Virus record (IMG/VR): IMGVR_UViG_3300028797_000012
DNA length: 64,000 nt
Source of the DNA: an uncultured virus (IMG/VR IMGVR_UViG_3300028797_000012)
Lineage: Duplodnaviria > Heunggongvirae > Uroviricota > Caudoviricetes
Strand: one strand, 5' to 3'
Shown here piece after piece: positions 40,801-49,980 of this stretch (positions within the stretch are counted from its first letter, which is position 1; each line of letters starts with the position of its first letter). Both the position numbers and the translations under genes were made by a program. The notes beneath the pieces were generated by a model. It did not search any database and was not told the origin of the DNA. It worked only from the letters and a program-made list of their open reading frames with translations.

Positions 40801-42569
40801 ACGACGCGTGGAAGAAGAACGACAACTACAGGAAGTCGACGGAAGAGCTTCGAAAAGTCGTCGACAACCTCAAGAACAGCACCGATGCCGCAAAGCTCGG
40901 GCAGGGCGAGTTTGCGAAAAGCCTTAATGACGGAGCAAAGACTGCCAAGAAGCAACAGGATACGTTTGACTCCGTGACCGAAAACAACGCGCAGCTTGCT
41001 GACCAGTACACAAAGACGCTCGACGGAGCTGAAGACAACGCGATAATGGCCCAGTTCTACGCGGATAAGATTCTGAACCTGGCTGGAGCGCTCGACGGCG
41101 ATAAGACAAAATTGGAAGAGCTTAAAGCCGCCCTGAAGGAATACAACAACCTTACAGGATCGAGCTTGGGAATAGTCGACGATTACACAGGTCGCATTAA
41201 CGAGAACTCAGACGCGCTTGAAGCCAATGTCGAGGCGTTCAAGCAGAGGACAATGGCTAACGCGTACATGGAAGTCGCGCAAGACGCCATGAAGCAGGAG
41301 GCGGCGACAAACGTTGCCCTGGCTCAAGAAGAGTCTTATTACGACGACCTCGTCAAGAAATACCAAGAATGGTCGAAGATACACCAGTCAGAAAACGGCG
41401 AGTACTTCGACCAGTTTGGAAACAGGTACGACGCAGACCCAACTGACATGCAAACGCAGATTGATGCATCGTACAAAAGGATAGAAGGATATCGCGAAGA
41501 GCTGGACGCCATCGTTGCGACAGAAAATGCGTCTTACGAGCTGGCGACAACCACCGCCGCTGTTGCAAACGAGTCGGAAAAGAGCGCCGTAGCCCTCGCA
41601 GACGAGGCCCGCAGTGCCAGGAAGTATAAGGACGCCCTGATGGCAGCCGGAGAAAGCGAGTCTGCGTGGCGCACCATGGCTAAGGGCGCCGGATATGCGA
41701 AAGGCACGTTCAACGAGTTCTCCAAAGCGCTATACGACGTTGGCATCGATGCAGAGCGTCTCGCGAACATCGGCTCCGAACAGTTTTCGCGCCTTTACAG
41801 GGAGGCGGGCGGTAGGCTTGACCTCGTGGCACAGGCTGTGAACACAATCGACAACCTGAACATCTCGCCGAAAGACGTCGCAATTACCGACAATGCCGTT
41901 GAGGTTAAGGGCCATGTTATCGACCTTGAAAACATGACGATCGACGGAAAGACGTTTACCGTCGAGGACGACGGTTCAGTAATTGTCGAGGGGAAGAAGG
42001 TCAACGGGCTCAAGGGAATGCTTGACGAAGTTGCAGACAAAAATCCGTCTCCTACCATCAAGGTTGATGACCAGGCGAGCAGCGTCATTTCCTCAGTAGG
42101 CGCACAGCTCACAAGCTTAGACGGGCAATCGTCAACAGTCACCATCAGGACAAAGCAGATACTAGAAAAGCAAACTCTCGATTTAGGCACGCAAAAAGTA
42201 GAAAAGGCGTCCGGCGGAATCTCAATCCCGATGAACGCCGCTGGCGGCATCTCCGTCCCGATGCACGCGGCAGGCGGCTTCAGCGTCGCGACGCGCGCGA
42301 TTATGACGCCTGACGGCATCATCGGCGAGGCGGGCACGGAAGCCTACCTCAAGATGGGGCGGCAGAGGGCCATCGTGCCGCTGTCCAACCGCCGATACGT
42401 CCGCCCGTTCGCACGTGCGGTGGCCGCCGAGATGCCAGGTGCGGCTGGGTCCACCTCCGTCGTGCACAACCACTATTCGATAAACGGCGTGTCGCTCGTA
42501 GAGGGCAGCGACGGCGCCATCGCGCTCCAGGCGCTCGCGAAGGCGCTCAAGGTCGAGGCAGGTAGGTAG
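37827..42569 (+). CDS. Tape measure protein
   Basis: 1580 aa, helical and Ala-rich; GLTI.F..D N-terminus; TP901-like core; GEAG.EA C-terminus. Confidence 0.95.
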   Translation: MGEAYRGLTIQFKADGTRVLSTLKSMSNASKQVESELRMVKRALRFDPSSAKAAQAQMKLLAEKAGTTRAEVAMMEREFKKLGDVEIGGVKMKELSERTKDASAQASTMLTRYNRVTEELARLHNKATDAWASCKKLSNVPNPFKKGWSELSTEKLQGFIAYMERLGAVTAEESDQMRHAVKALRSEFSFTETELKKLNDIAAYQSFGNKIIEQTAKAKAAMREMNAAAKAFQGTSMTGNLKEARAEIERTAVQAKLLKEAMRSDPSSLSTAISHAESLRAKIKAVEIETKHLNNEMDELAASPGVLEAARDAERLESHMAQARAEVDRLGEAYAEAKAKANVYGDELTELRLKIMNSNNAEEMLTAGDEYRAKNAQLRETRALVDELGRSYNNAAEQVQVYNRAVRYNEAAGQAASNTAMTAAMNKSLKTGQKTKFFSSSAFTSMGMQIYSTLYPAVMMGGMYAVESAREVDAAYRDMRKTVQGSEEDFVQLKEKAIDFGNTHYTSADEILSIEAIGGQLGVTVDNLEQFSKVVSDLSIATDEAFETEDIALWLGKMSNIMHISADDYDNFADSLVRLGNSEPALESDIANITTRFAGMASIVGMMPDEILAIATAATATGQKSHAAGGALMRVLGRIETATAGVSEGMYNLEDVTEEDIAEFEAAQDSLQAYAEISGMTAEQFSKAWDQDPTATFQKFINGLKQIKDEGGSVEDVLQNKLGIGSVYDRTLLNGLTQTTKVLDESLRMSKNAYYGISDEFGTMGDAAREAENKSQGFSGTLQIMLNNMQALGAVAAESLTPHLKTLTSIAQDLVKWFTDLDPAMQTMLTSAVGLGGLLGPTLTGIGAFGNMFGSFRSNLRTYMSAENKLARTEGSALTSAMGVTSAYKAMGSKLEGTTKKLDTARRAMVGVNAAQEKHIIATGKESAAIRQQQQSAAKQLKVAEREQAMQRIKNVRTRASAGFLNLMNGVGQMGAMAAAGFAIEQVGMAIYDAWKKNDNYRKSTEELRKVVDNLKNSTDAAKLGQGEFAKSLNDGAKTAKKQQDTFDSVTENNAQLADQYTKTLDGAEDNAIMAQFYADKILNLAGALDGDKTKLEELKAALKEYNNLTGSSLGIVDDYTGRINENSDALEANVEAFKQRTMANAYMEVAQDAMKQEAATNVALAQEESYYDDLVKKYQEWSKIHQSENGEYFDQFGNRYDADPTDMQTQIDASYKRIEGYREELDAIVATENASYELATTTAAVANESEKSAVALADEARSARKYKDALMAAGESESAWRTMAKGAGYAKGTFNEFSKALYDVGIDAERLANIGSEQFSRLYREAGGRLDLVAQAVNTIDNLNISPKDVAITDNAVEVKGHVIDLENMTIDGKTFTVEDDGSVIVEGKKVNGLKGMLDEVADKNPSPTIKVDDQASSVISSVGAQLTSLDGQSSTVTIRTKQILEKQTLDLGTQKVEKASGGISIPMNAAGGISVPMHAAGGFSVATRAIMTPDGIIGEAGTEAYLKMGRQRAIVPLSNRRYVRPFARAVAAEMPGAAGSTSVVHNHYSINGVSLVEGSDGAIALQALAKALKVEAGR

Positions 42570-42571
42570 AC

Positions 42572-45337
42572 ATGGCGAAAGGCAAAGTGACAAACCTAAC
42601 CATATCGCTCAAGCCGGGTTCGGAGAAAACGGCCCTGTTGTCGTGGACGTTCAAGGACGCCCCACAAGCGACGGGTTTCGAATACGCATGGGAATACCTG
42701 CGCGGCAGCAAGTGGATACCGTCCTCGCACGGCACGGCTGAAAAGGAGGCCGCGAGGGTCGGCAACGCCAGCTCGAAGACCTTCCGCATCGAGTACTCGG
42801 CACCGGAAGACGCGCTCAAGGTGCGTTGCAAGATTCGACCTGTTTCCGGCACCTACACGGTGACCGAGAACAAGAAGGAAGTCGAGAAAAAGTACTTTAC
42901 AGCCAATTGGACGGGAGTCGTCACACTCGCGTTCAGCATCAAGATGGACGCGCCGTCGATCACCGTCGACATGGACGGAACCTACGCCAAGGTGACGGTT
43001 ACCAGCTCAGAGAGCGACTGCGGGACGTGCGACGTCGAGGTCTACGACGGCAGCAAGCGCCTTGCGAGCCTTTGCGTCAACAAGCGCAAATGCGAGGGCG
43101 AGGCGGTACTCCACTTCAAGGACAAAAATAAGGTGCCGCCTGGCAAGACGTACAAGTTCAGGGCGAGGATTCACCCGAAGACGGGCGGCAGCACGGCAAA
43201 CCGCAAAGCTGACTCGAACTGGAGCGAGAAAGTTAACGGCAAGTCGATACCCGCGACCCCGAAGGCGAACAAGGCGAGCGCCCTCTCGTCCACTTCCGCG
43301 CGATTCACCTGGAGCTCCGCAGACGGCGCGGCGACCTACGAGGTCGAGTACGTCGCCGACTCGTCGTCCTACTTCAACACGAACCCGAGCATGGTGAGCA
43401 GCGTCGACGACATCCACGGCACCACGTTCGACGCCGTCAACGTCGAGTCGGGCCACAAGTACTACTTCCGCGTCCGCGCCGTCAACGAGACGGGCGAGGG
43501 TGCGTGGAGCTCGGTCCTCAACACCGTTCTCGCCACGCGGCCTGACGCGCCGACCGTATACGACACCGACCCGTCGTACATCTACGGTCAGACCGTCAGG
43601 CTAAGGTGGACCCACAACAGCGAGGACGAGTCCGACCAGACCGCCGCGAAGGTGTACGTGAGCATCGGGTCGGGGCAGCCGATGATGTTCTCGGTGTCGA
43701 ACGACGCGGACCACTACGACCTCAACACCGGCAGCAGCTCGTTCTCCGCGCTCGCGCAGGCGTCAGGCACCACCCTGACATGGAACGTCGAGACCAAGGG
43801 CGTCCACAGCTCCTACTCGCCGAGGTCGGAGAGCCGCAGCTTCAAGGTGTACCTCCAGCCGACGGCGTCCGTCTCGTTCGAGTCGAACGGCGAACCAATC
43901 GTCGGGGATATGACGTCGTGGCCGCTCGAAGTCGTCATGGAGGCCGGGAACGGTGGGTCGCTCGAAGCCGATGCCCCGGCCGCCTACACGCTGACCATCG
44001 CGCCTTTGCAGGAGGTCGAGGTCATCGACATATACGGCGACACGCAATTAACGCCAGCGGGTGAGACGGTGTTCTCGCAAACGTACTATCCCGTGAACAG
44101 GAGCCAGGCCAACATGGTGACCGCCGTCCTAGGCCCCGGCGACGTGGACCTGGTCAGCGGCGTGGACTACAGGTTCATCGTCGACGCGGCGATGGAGAGC
44201 GGCCTGCGAGCAAGCACGTCGGCCAACCAGCGCGTCTACATCGACGTCACCGAGATACCGGACCCGAGCGCGGGCGTCTGGTTCGATCCCGAGCTGCTCA
44301 CGGCCTACATCGAGCCAGCATGCTACGCCGAGGACGAGAACGGCGACCCGACCGACGAGTTGCAGGAAAACATCGAGCTCGCGGTGTACAGGATGGAGGC
44401 GAACGGCTCGCTCACGCTGCTGCTGGACGGCATACAGAACGACGAGGCGACGACGATAGCCGACCCGCACGCCAACTTCGGCACGTGCACGTACCGCGTG
44501 GTCGCGAGGGACACCGAGACCGGCGCCGTGTCGTACGACGACATGTACGCCAACTCGTCCCATTCCACCTGCGTCATCCAGTGGGACGAGGAGTGGGTCA
44601 TCAACAACAACGGCGATGACGAGGACAACCTGTACTACGGGCTGTCCGGAACCCGCATCGACGGGCTGTACAACATGCAGCTCAGCGAGTCCGGCGAGGT
44701 CGAGAGGGAACACGCCGAGTTCATCGGGCGGAAGCACCCGGTCGCGTACTACGGCACGCAGCTCGGCCACACGGCACGCTACTCGCTCGACTTCCCGCGC
44801 GACGACACCGCGACGCTCGCCCTTTGCAGGCAGCTCCTCGCGTACCGTGGGGACGTCTACATCCGCGAGCCGAGGGGCATGGGGTTCTGGGCAAGCGTCC
44901 GATGCGGCCTGTCGATGGACTCGAAGACGGAGACCGTCTCGCTGTCCGTCGACGCGACCGAGGTCGACCACGAGAACGAGTCGACGGCCATCGACATCGA
45001 GCAAGAAGCGCACGAGTGGTGCCGCATCGTTGAAGTCGAGACCGTGAGCGTGCTCGACGACAGCACCGGCGATTCTACCGACTACGCAAAGGTCTACTTC
45101 AACATCAGCCACATTCCGGAGGTCGGCTCGGACAGGGAGCTCGTCAGGGCGAAGGCGAAGACCTTTGGCTCGGGGTCGCCCACGTCGATAGCGGCATCCG
45201 AGGACAACATGACGTACATATGCGCAATGTTCCCGTACAGGACCGCATGGCACGGCTCGCTGCCGGTCACGTTGCGGGTCGGCCGCTCGCTAGAGGTGAC
45301 GTACGCCTACTTCACCGCCAACCAGGCAAGGTGGTGA
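42572..45337 (+). CDS. Minor tail protein with fibronectin type III domains (distal tail-like)
   Basis: Y.FRVRAVN..GEGAWS FnIII motifs; F.GR..PV.YYG. Confidence 0.8.
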   Translation: MAKGKVTNLTISLKPGSEKTALLSWTFKDAPQATGFEYAWEYLRGSKWIPSSHGTAEKEAARVGNASSKTFRIEYSAPEDALKVRCKIRPVSGTYTVTENKKEVEKKYFTANWTGVVTLAFSIKMDAPSITVDMDGTYAKVTVTSSESDCGTCDVEVYDGSKRLASLCVNKRKCEGEAVLHFKDKNKVPPGKTYKFRARIHPKTGGSTANRKADSNWSEKVNGKSIPATPKANKASALSSTSARFTWSSADGAATYEVEYVADSSSYFNTNPSMVSSVDDIHGTTFDAVNVESGHKYYFRVRAVNETGEGAWSSVLNTVLATRPDAPTVYDTDPSYIYGQTVRLRWTHNSEDESDQTAAKVYVSIGSGQPMMFSVSNDADHYDLNTGSSSFSALAQASGTTLTWNVETKGVHSSYSPRSESRSFKVYLQPTASVSFESNGEPIVGDMTSWPLEVVMEAGNGGSLEADAPAAYTLTIAPLQEVEVIDIYGDTQLTPAGETVFSQTYYPVNRSQANMVTAVLGPGDVDLVSGVDYRFIVDAAMESGLRASTSANQRVYIDVTEIPDPSAGVWFDPELLTAYIEPACYAEDENGDPTDELQENIELAVYRMEANGSLTLLLDGIQNDEATTIADPHANFGTCTYRVVARDTETGAVSYDDMYANSSHSTCVIQWDEEWVINNNGDDEDNLYYGLSGTRIDGLYNMQLSESGEVEREHAEFIGRKHPVAYYGTQLGHTARYSLDFPRDDTATLALCRQLLAYRGDVYIREPRGMGFWASVRCGLSMDSKTETVSLSVDATEVDHENESTAIDIEQEAHEWCRIVEVETVSVLDDSTGDSTDYAKVYFNISHIPEVGSDRELVRAKAKTFGSGSPTSIAASEDNMTYICAMFPYRTAWHGSLPVTLRVGRSLEVTYAYFTANQARW

Positions 45338-46404
45338 TGAAAGTGCCCGACTGGAAACGATCGATGCGCCGCACCTACGAGTACTGGAAGGTGGACCCCC
45401 TGTCCTGGGGCGACGTCGCCAGGATCGACGAGGTGACCGCGTGCACCATCACGCGCGACCTCGACGACGAGCTGCTGTCCAACGCGACGGTGGACCTGTC
45501 CATGAGCACGTGGGAGTGGGAGGACGAGGTGTACATCCGCGTGTACCTCGTGACCGAGCAGGACCACGTCTCTGAGCGTTTCGCGCTCGGCACGTTCCTC
45601 ATGCTCGCGACCGACTGGAACTTCAGCGGCATGCGAGGCAGCTCGTCCGTGACGGGCTACTCGCCGCTCAAGGAGCTCGCAGACGACAGCCCGCCGATCG
45701 GCTACCCGATAGGCAGCGGCAACACGGCGCAGAGGTGCGTGACGCTTGCCTCGGCCCACTGCCGCGCGCCCGTGGAACCGGCCGCGAGCGGCGAGGGGAT
45801 CGCCATCGCGGAGCCGTACGTGGCAGACGACGACGACACGTGGAACTCGTTTTTGTCCGGCGTGCTCGCGAAGAGCGGCCACCGCCTAGACGTCACGGAG
45901 CGCGGGCATCTCACGATAGCGCCCATACGCTATCCGGCCGCGATAGCGCCCGCGTACGTGTTCGACGACTCCAACAGCTCGATACTTAGGCCCGCCGTCA
46001 CAGTATCGGCAAACCTTCCAGATGTACCAAACGTGGTACAATTGATATACAGCAGGGACGGGGGGTCCACCATTGTGACCAGGGAGGATAACGACCCGGG
46101 AAAGCCCACGTCGCTGAAGCGCAGGGGACGCCGCGTGCTCTACCGCGAGACGTCGCCGGAGCTGCCCGACAACCCGTCCCAGGCGGACGTCGAGCAGGCC
46201 GCAGACAAGGTCATGCGGGACAAGGGCGCCGCGGTGTACGAGGTCGGTTACGAGCACGCGTTCGTGCCGGACGTAAGGCCGGGGACGGGCGTCAGGCTGG
46301 CTTACAGCAGGGCGGGGATCGTCGTCAACGCGATGGTGGTCAGCCAGACCATCAACTGCACGCCGGCATGCCTCGTCCAGGAGACGGCAAGGTTCACGAA
46401 GTAG
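45337..46404 (+). CDS. Minor tail/baseplate hub-like protein
   Basis: Position; W..SM..TYE...VDP.SW.D; PNVV. Confidence 0.7.
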   Translation: MKVPDWKRSMRRTYEYWKVDPLSWGDVARIDEVTACTITRDLDDELLSNATVDLSMSTWEWEDEVYIRVYLVTEQDHVSERFALGTFLMLATDWNFSGMRGSSSVTGYSPLKELADDSPPIGYPIGSGNTAQRCVTLASAHCRAPVEPAASGEGIAIAEPYVADDDDTWNSFLSGVLAKSGHRLDVTERGHLTIAPIRYPAAIAPAYVFDDSNSSILRPAVTVSANLPDVPNVVQLIYSRDGGSTIVTREDNDPGKPTSLKRRGRRVLYRETSPELPDNPSQADVEQAADKVMRDKGAAVYEVGYEHAFVPDVRPGTGVRLAYSRAGIVVNAMVVSQTINCTPACLVQETARFTK

Positions 46405-46410
46405 GCGGTA

Positions 46411-48252
46411 ATGGCTGAAATCGACGTCATAGCAAGGGAAATCGCTAAGCAGATTGGCGCGAGGGCCGACTCGACGAGGAGCGAGGCTTCCCGCGACATC
46501 TTCGCGACCATACGCGTGTCAAACGACGGCACCTACGCCCTGCTTGACGGCGGCGAGGAGCCCACGCCCGTGACGTCGGCGGTAGAGGTCCACCACGGGG
46601 ACCGGGTCATCGTGCACATCGTGGACCACAGGGCCGTCGTCGTGTCCAACGTCACGGTCCCGTCGGTCAACGACGGGGACTACACGCACGTGAAGTCCAT
46701 CGCCGAGGAGGCCGACGAGCTGCTCGACGGCGTCGCCGAGGCAGCCGCCACCGCAGACAAGACGGTGGCCGAGATACTCGCCGACGCCAACACGTCGAGC
46801 GAGCTGGTGTCGGGCATGCAGGTCGCCGCGGATACGGCTGGCAAGACGCTGGCGCAGATCGTCGCCGACGCCGACAGCGCCTCCGCGACGCTCTCGGACA
46901 TGCAGGAGGCCGCTGAGGCGGCGAACACCACGCTTCTCGACATCTACCAGGACGCGGCCGACGCGGCGCAGGCGGCCTCAGACGCGCAGGACAGCGCCGA
47001 CACGGCAACGCTCTACGCTTCGAGCGCCCTCGGGCAGCTCGGCGTCGTGCAGGACGTGATCGGCGTCCTCACGTGGGCGAGCGAGCACGGCACGTTCACG
47101 CTCACGCAGGACCAGTCCGTGCAGGACGGCAAGGTGTACTTCACCTACGATTCGTCCACCCATGACTACTCGCCGGTGGTGGACCCGCAGGCGAGCGGGC
47201 TGTCCACCTACTACGAGCTGTCGGTCGACGAGGCCATGGACTCCTTCATCATGAGCCACCTCGCCGTCACGTCTCGCGGCCTCTGGGTGCTGCCAAACGG
47301 CATCAACACGGGGAGCGTGACGCCAGCTACGGGCGAGGCGCTCGAAGACGCGCGCGCGAGGCTCGGCAGCCGGTACAAGATGCTGCTCGCAAACGACGGC
47401 ACGTACATCTACGACGGCAGCGGCGTGCTCGTGGCCCAGTACAAGGGCGACGGCATCAGCTACGCCGATGGGCGCTCGTACCATATCGGCTCGGACGACG
47501 CGTACATCCTGTACACGCCCGCGTCGGGCAACAGCTCGGCGAGCATCACCATCGGCGGCAGCAACGTCGTGCTCGGCGAGTCGCGCACGCTCTCGCAGCT
47601 CATGGCGCAGGTGGACGGCACGTTGCTCTACGACCACGAGTACGAGATGAACGCGGCGGGCACCCAGGCGACCTTCACGGCCCACCTCTACAGCGGGGGA
47701 GTGGACGTCGCGGGCGACGCGACCCACCCTGCGAGCCAGTTCACGTGGTACCGCAAGAGCGAGACGCCGGACAACCTCGGCAACACGCTCACGTACCTCG
47801 GCGACGGGCTCACCTGCACGGTGAACATGGCCGACATGGGCTACGGGTCGCACATCGTCGGCAGGTACACGACGGTCGAGGACTCGCCGCTGCTCACGGA
47901 GGACGACGACGAGATCACGGACTCCGAGGACAACCCGCTCACTGGCAGGACGCCATCGGGAGAGTCGGTGCGCGTGAGCGACCTGTCGGTCGCGACGGCG
48001 CTCTACGACACGGAGAAGCTGCTCATCGTCGGGGCCGAGGACGAGCACCTGGTGACGGTCGGGGACTTCATCGACCACATACCGAAGCCGTCCATCGAGG
48101 ACGTCGTGCTCGTCGGCAACAACGACTTCCCCGACCTCGGGATATTCCAGGTTGACCAGCAGGGATACGACGTCCCGGACGACTACTCCCTCACGACAAT
48201 GGACATAAACGCCCTGTGGACCAACGCGGTCCCCGTGCAGATAGGAGCATAA
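46411..48252 (+). CDS. Minor tail protein with Ala-rich coiled coil
   Basis: N-terminal beta domain, Ala/Asp repeats, C-terminal Ig-like module. Confidence 0.75.
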   Translation: MAEIDVIAREIAKQIGARADSTRSEASRDIFATIRVSNDGTYALLDGGEEPTPVTSAVEVHHGDRVIVHIVDHRAVVVSNVTVPSVNDGDYTHVKSIAEEADELLDGVAEAAATADKTVAEILADANTSSELVSGMQVAADTAGKTLAQIVADADSASATLSDMQEAAEAANTTLLDIYQDAADAAQAASDAQDSADTATLYASSALGQLGVVQDVIGVLTWASEHGTFTLTQDQSVQDGKVYFTYDSSTHDYSPVVDPQASGLSTYYELSVDEAMDSFIMSHLAVTSRGLWVLPNGINTGSVTPATGEALEDARARLGSRYKMLLANDGTYIYDGSGVLVAQYKGDGISYADGRSYHIGSDDAYILYTPASGNSSASITIGGSNVVLGESRTLSQLMAQVDGTLLYDHEYEMNAAGTQATFTAHLYSGGVDVAGDATHPASQFTWYRKSETPDNLGNTLTYLGDGLTCTVNMADMGYGSHIVGRYTTVEDSPLLTEDDDEITDSEDNPLTGRTPSGESVRVSDLSVATALYDTEKLLIVGAEDEHLVTVGDFIDHIPKPSIEDVVLVGNNDFPDLGIFQVDQQGYDVPDDYSLTTMDINALWTNAVPVQIGA

Positions 48253-48255
48253 CCT

Positions 48256-49971
48256 ATGGGCAAGTACATAGACGGCAGCGGCCTCTCCCATTTCATGGGG
48301 ATACTGAAGGGGATCCACCAGACGTTCGTCACGAACGTGAAGTGGGACTCGTCTACCAAGAAGATAAAGCAGACCAAGAACGGCACGGACTCGGACGTAA
48401 TGCAGTTCGTCCAAGGTTCCAATGTGACGCTCACCGCGGCGTCCGGCAGCCTCACGATAGCGGCGACCGACACGACCTACTCGGCCGCCACGACGAGCAC
48501 CGCCGGCCTCATGTCCGCCGCCGACAAGACCAAGCTCAACGGCATCGCGACCGGGGCCGAGGTCAACCAGAACGCGTTCTCGACCGTCCACGTCGGCACC
48601 ACCGACATCGCTGCCGACGGCAAGACCGACACGTTGGAGCTCGCCGCGGGGAGCAACATCACGCTCACGCCGGATGCGACCAACGACAAGGTGACCATCG
48701 CCACCTTGGGCAATTTCGGCGCGCCCACGTCGAACGCCGCCGGTACCGACGGTTTCGTTTACGGCCCGCCGGCAGGGGGCGGAAACTACACGCTGTTCGG
48801 CAGCACGGACTGGGCCCCTCTCAAGATTATCGAAGGCTATGACCCGCAAAACGACGAGTTCGCCATCAGCATTGCAAGGGGGGTTCCCGGAACCGATCAG
48901 GCCACCGTCCTTTCCACGGTCGCTCCGGAAGGCTTCATCACGTCTGCCGAGCGGACCAAGCTCAACGGCTTGAAGATGGACGGAGTGGGCCTGGCGGCCG
49001 ACGGCTCGGCCATCCACTACGGCGCGTGCTCGACGGCAGCGGGAACCGTTCCCAAGGCGGTTTCGTGCTCGAACTTCACGCTCGTGACTGGCGCGTGGAT
49101 CGCGGTCAAGTTCACGGTAACGAACACCGCCGCCGTCGCGAACCTCACGCTCAGCGTCAACTCGACGACGGCGAAGCCCATCAAGTACCGCGGGGCGAAC
49201 CTGTCGAGCGCGGGCGTGTTGGCGGCGAACCGCACGTACTTGTTCGTCTACGACGGCACCAACTACGAGCTGGTGGGCGACCTCGACACGAATAGCGACA
49301 CCAAGAACACCGCGGGCTCGACCGACAGCAGCTCGAAGCTGTTCCTCATCGGCGCAACCTCGCAGGCGGCGAACCCGCAGACCTACTCGCAGGACACCGC
49401 GTACGTCGGCACGGACGGGCACCTGTACTCCAACAGCAAGCAGGTCGTCAACCTCAGCGACGAGCAGGCGTTGACGAACAAGACCTACAACGGCCTCGGC
49501 CTGATGGCGGCGTCCGCCGGGTTCGTCATCGCCGGCGGCACTACGTCCAAGACGTTGACCGTCAGCAACTCCTACACACTCGGCGCGGCTTGCGAAAAGG
49601 GCGTCGACACGAGCATAGCCGCGAACTCCACGTCCACCAACGTTCCGACCACGAAGGCCGTGGTCGAATACATCGGCCAGGTGGCGGGCGCGCTGGTCTA
49701 CAAAGGCACGGTCTCCGCCGAGTCGTCGCTCCTGAACGTGGCGTTGAAGACTGGCTGGTTCTACATAGTTACGATGCCCAACACGAGCACGTCCACTGTC
49801 ACCATCGGCGGCGTGGTGTGCGAGGCGGGCGACATGATCATCGTCAACACGGCGGGCACCTACACCACCAGCTCGGCGCTCGGCACGAAGATAGACGTCG
49901 TGCAGACCAACATCGAGACGCTGTCCAACTCCGAGATCGACTCGCTCTGGACGGCGGCGACGGCGGCGTAA
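48256..49971 (+). CDS. Tail fibre protein
   Basis: AGLMSAADKTKLNGI motif; Thr/Ser/Gly-rich. Confidence 0.8.
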   Translation: MGKYIDGSGLSHFMGILKGIHQTFVTNVKWDSSTKKIKQTKNGTDSDVMQFVQGSNVTLTAASGSLTIAATDTTYSAATTSTAGLMSAADKTKLNGIATGAEVNQNAFSTVHVGTTDIAADGKTDTLELAAGSNITLTPDATNDKVTIATLGNFGAPTSNAAGTDGFVYGPPAGGGNYTLFGSTDWAPLKIIEGYDPQNDEFAISIARGVPGTDQATVLSTVAPEGFITSAERTKLNGLKMDGVGLAADGSAIHYGACSTAAGTVPKAVSCSNFTLVTGAWIAVKFTVTNTAAVANLTLSVNSTTAKPIKYRGANLSSAGVLAANRTYLFVYDGTNYELVGDLDTNSDTKNTAGSTDSSSKLFLIGATSQAANPQTYSQDTAYVGTDGHLYSNSKQVVNLSDEQALTNKTYNGLGLMAASAGFVIAGGTTSKTLTVSNSYTLGAACEKGVDTSIAANSTSTNVPTTKAVVEYIGQVAGALVYKGTVSAESSLLNVALKTGWFYIVTMPNTSTSTVTIGGVVCEAGDMIIVNTAGTYTTSSALGTKIDVVQTNIETLSNSEIDSLWTAATAA

Positions 49972-49980
49972 GGAGCCTAG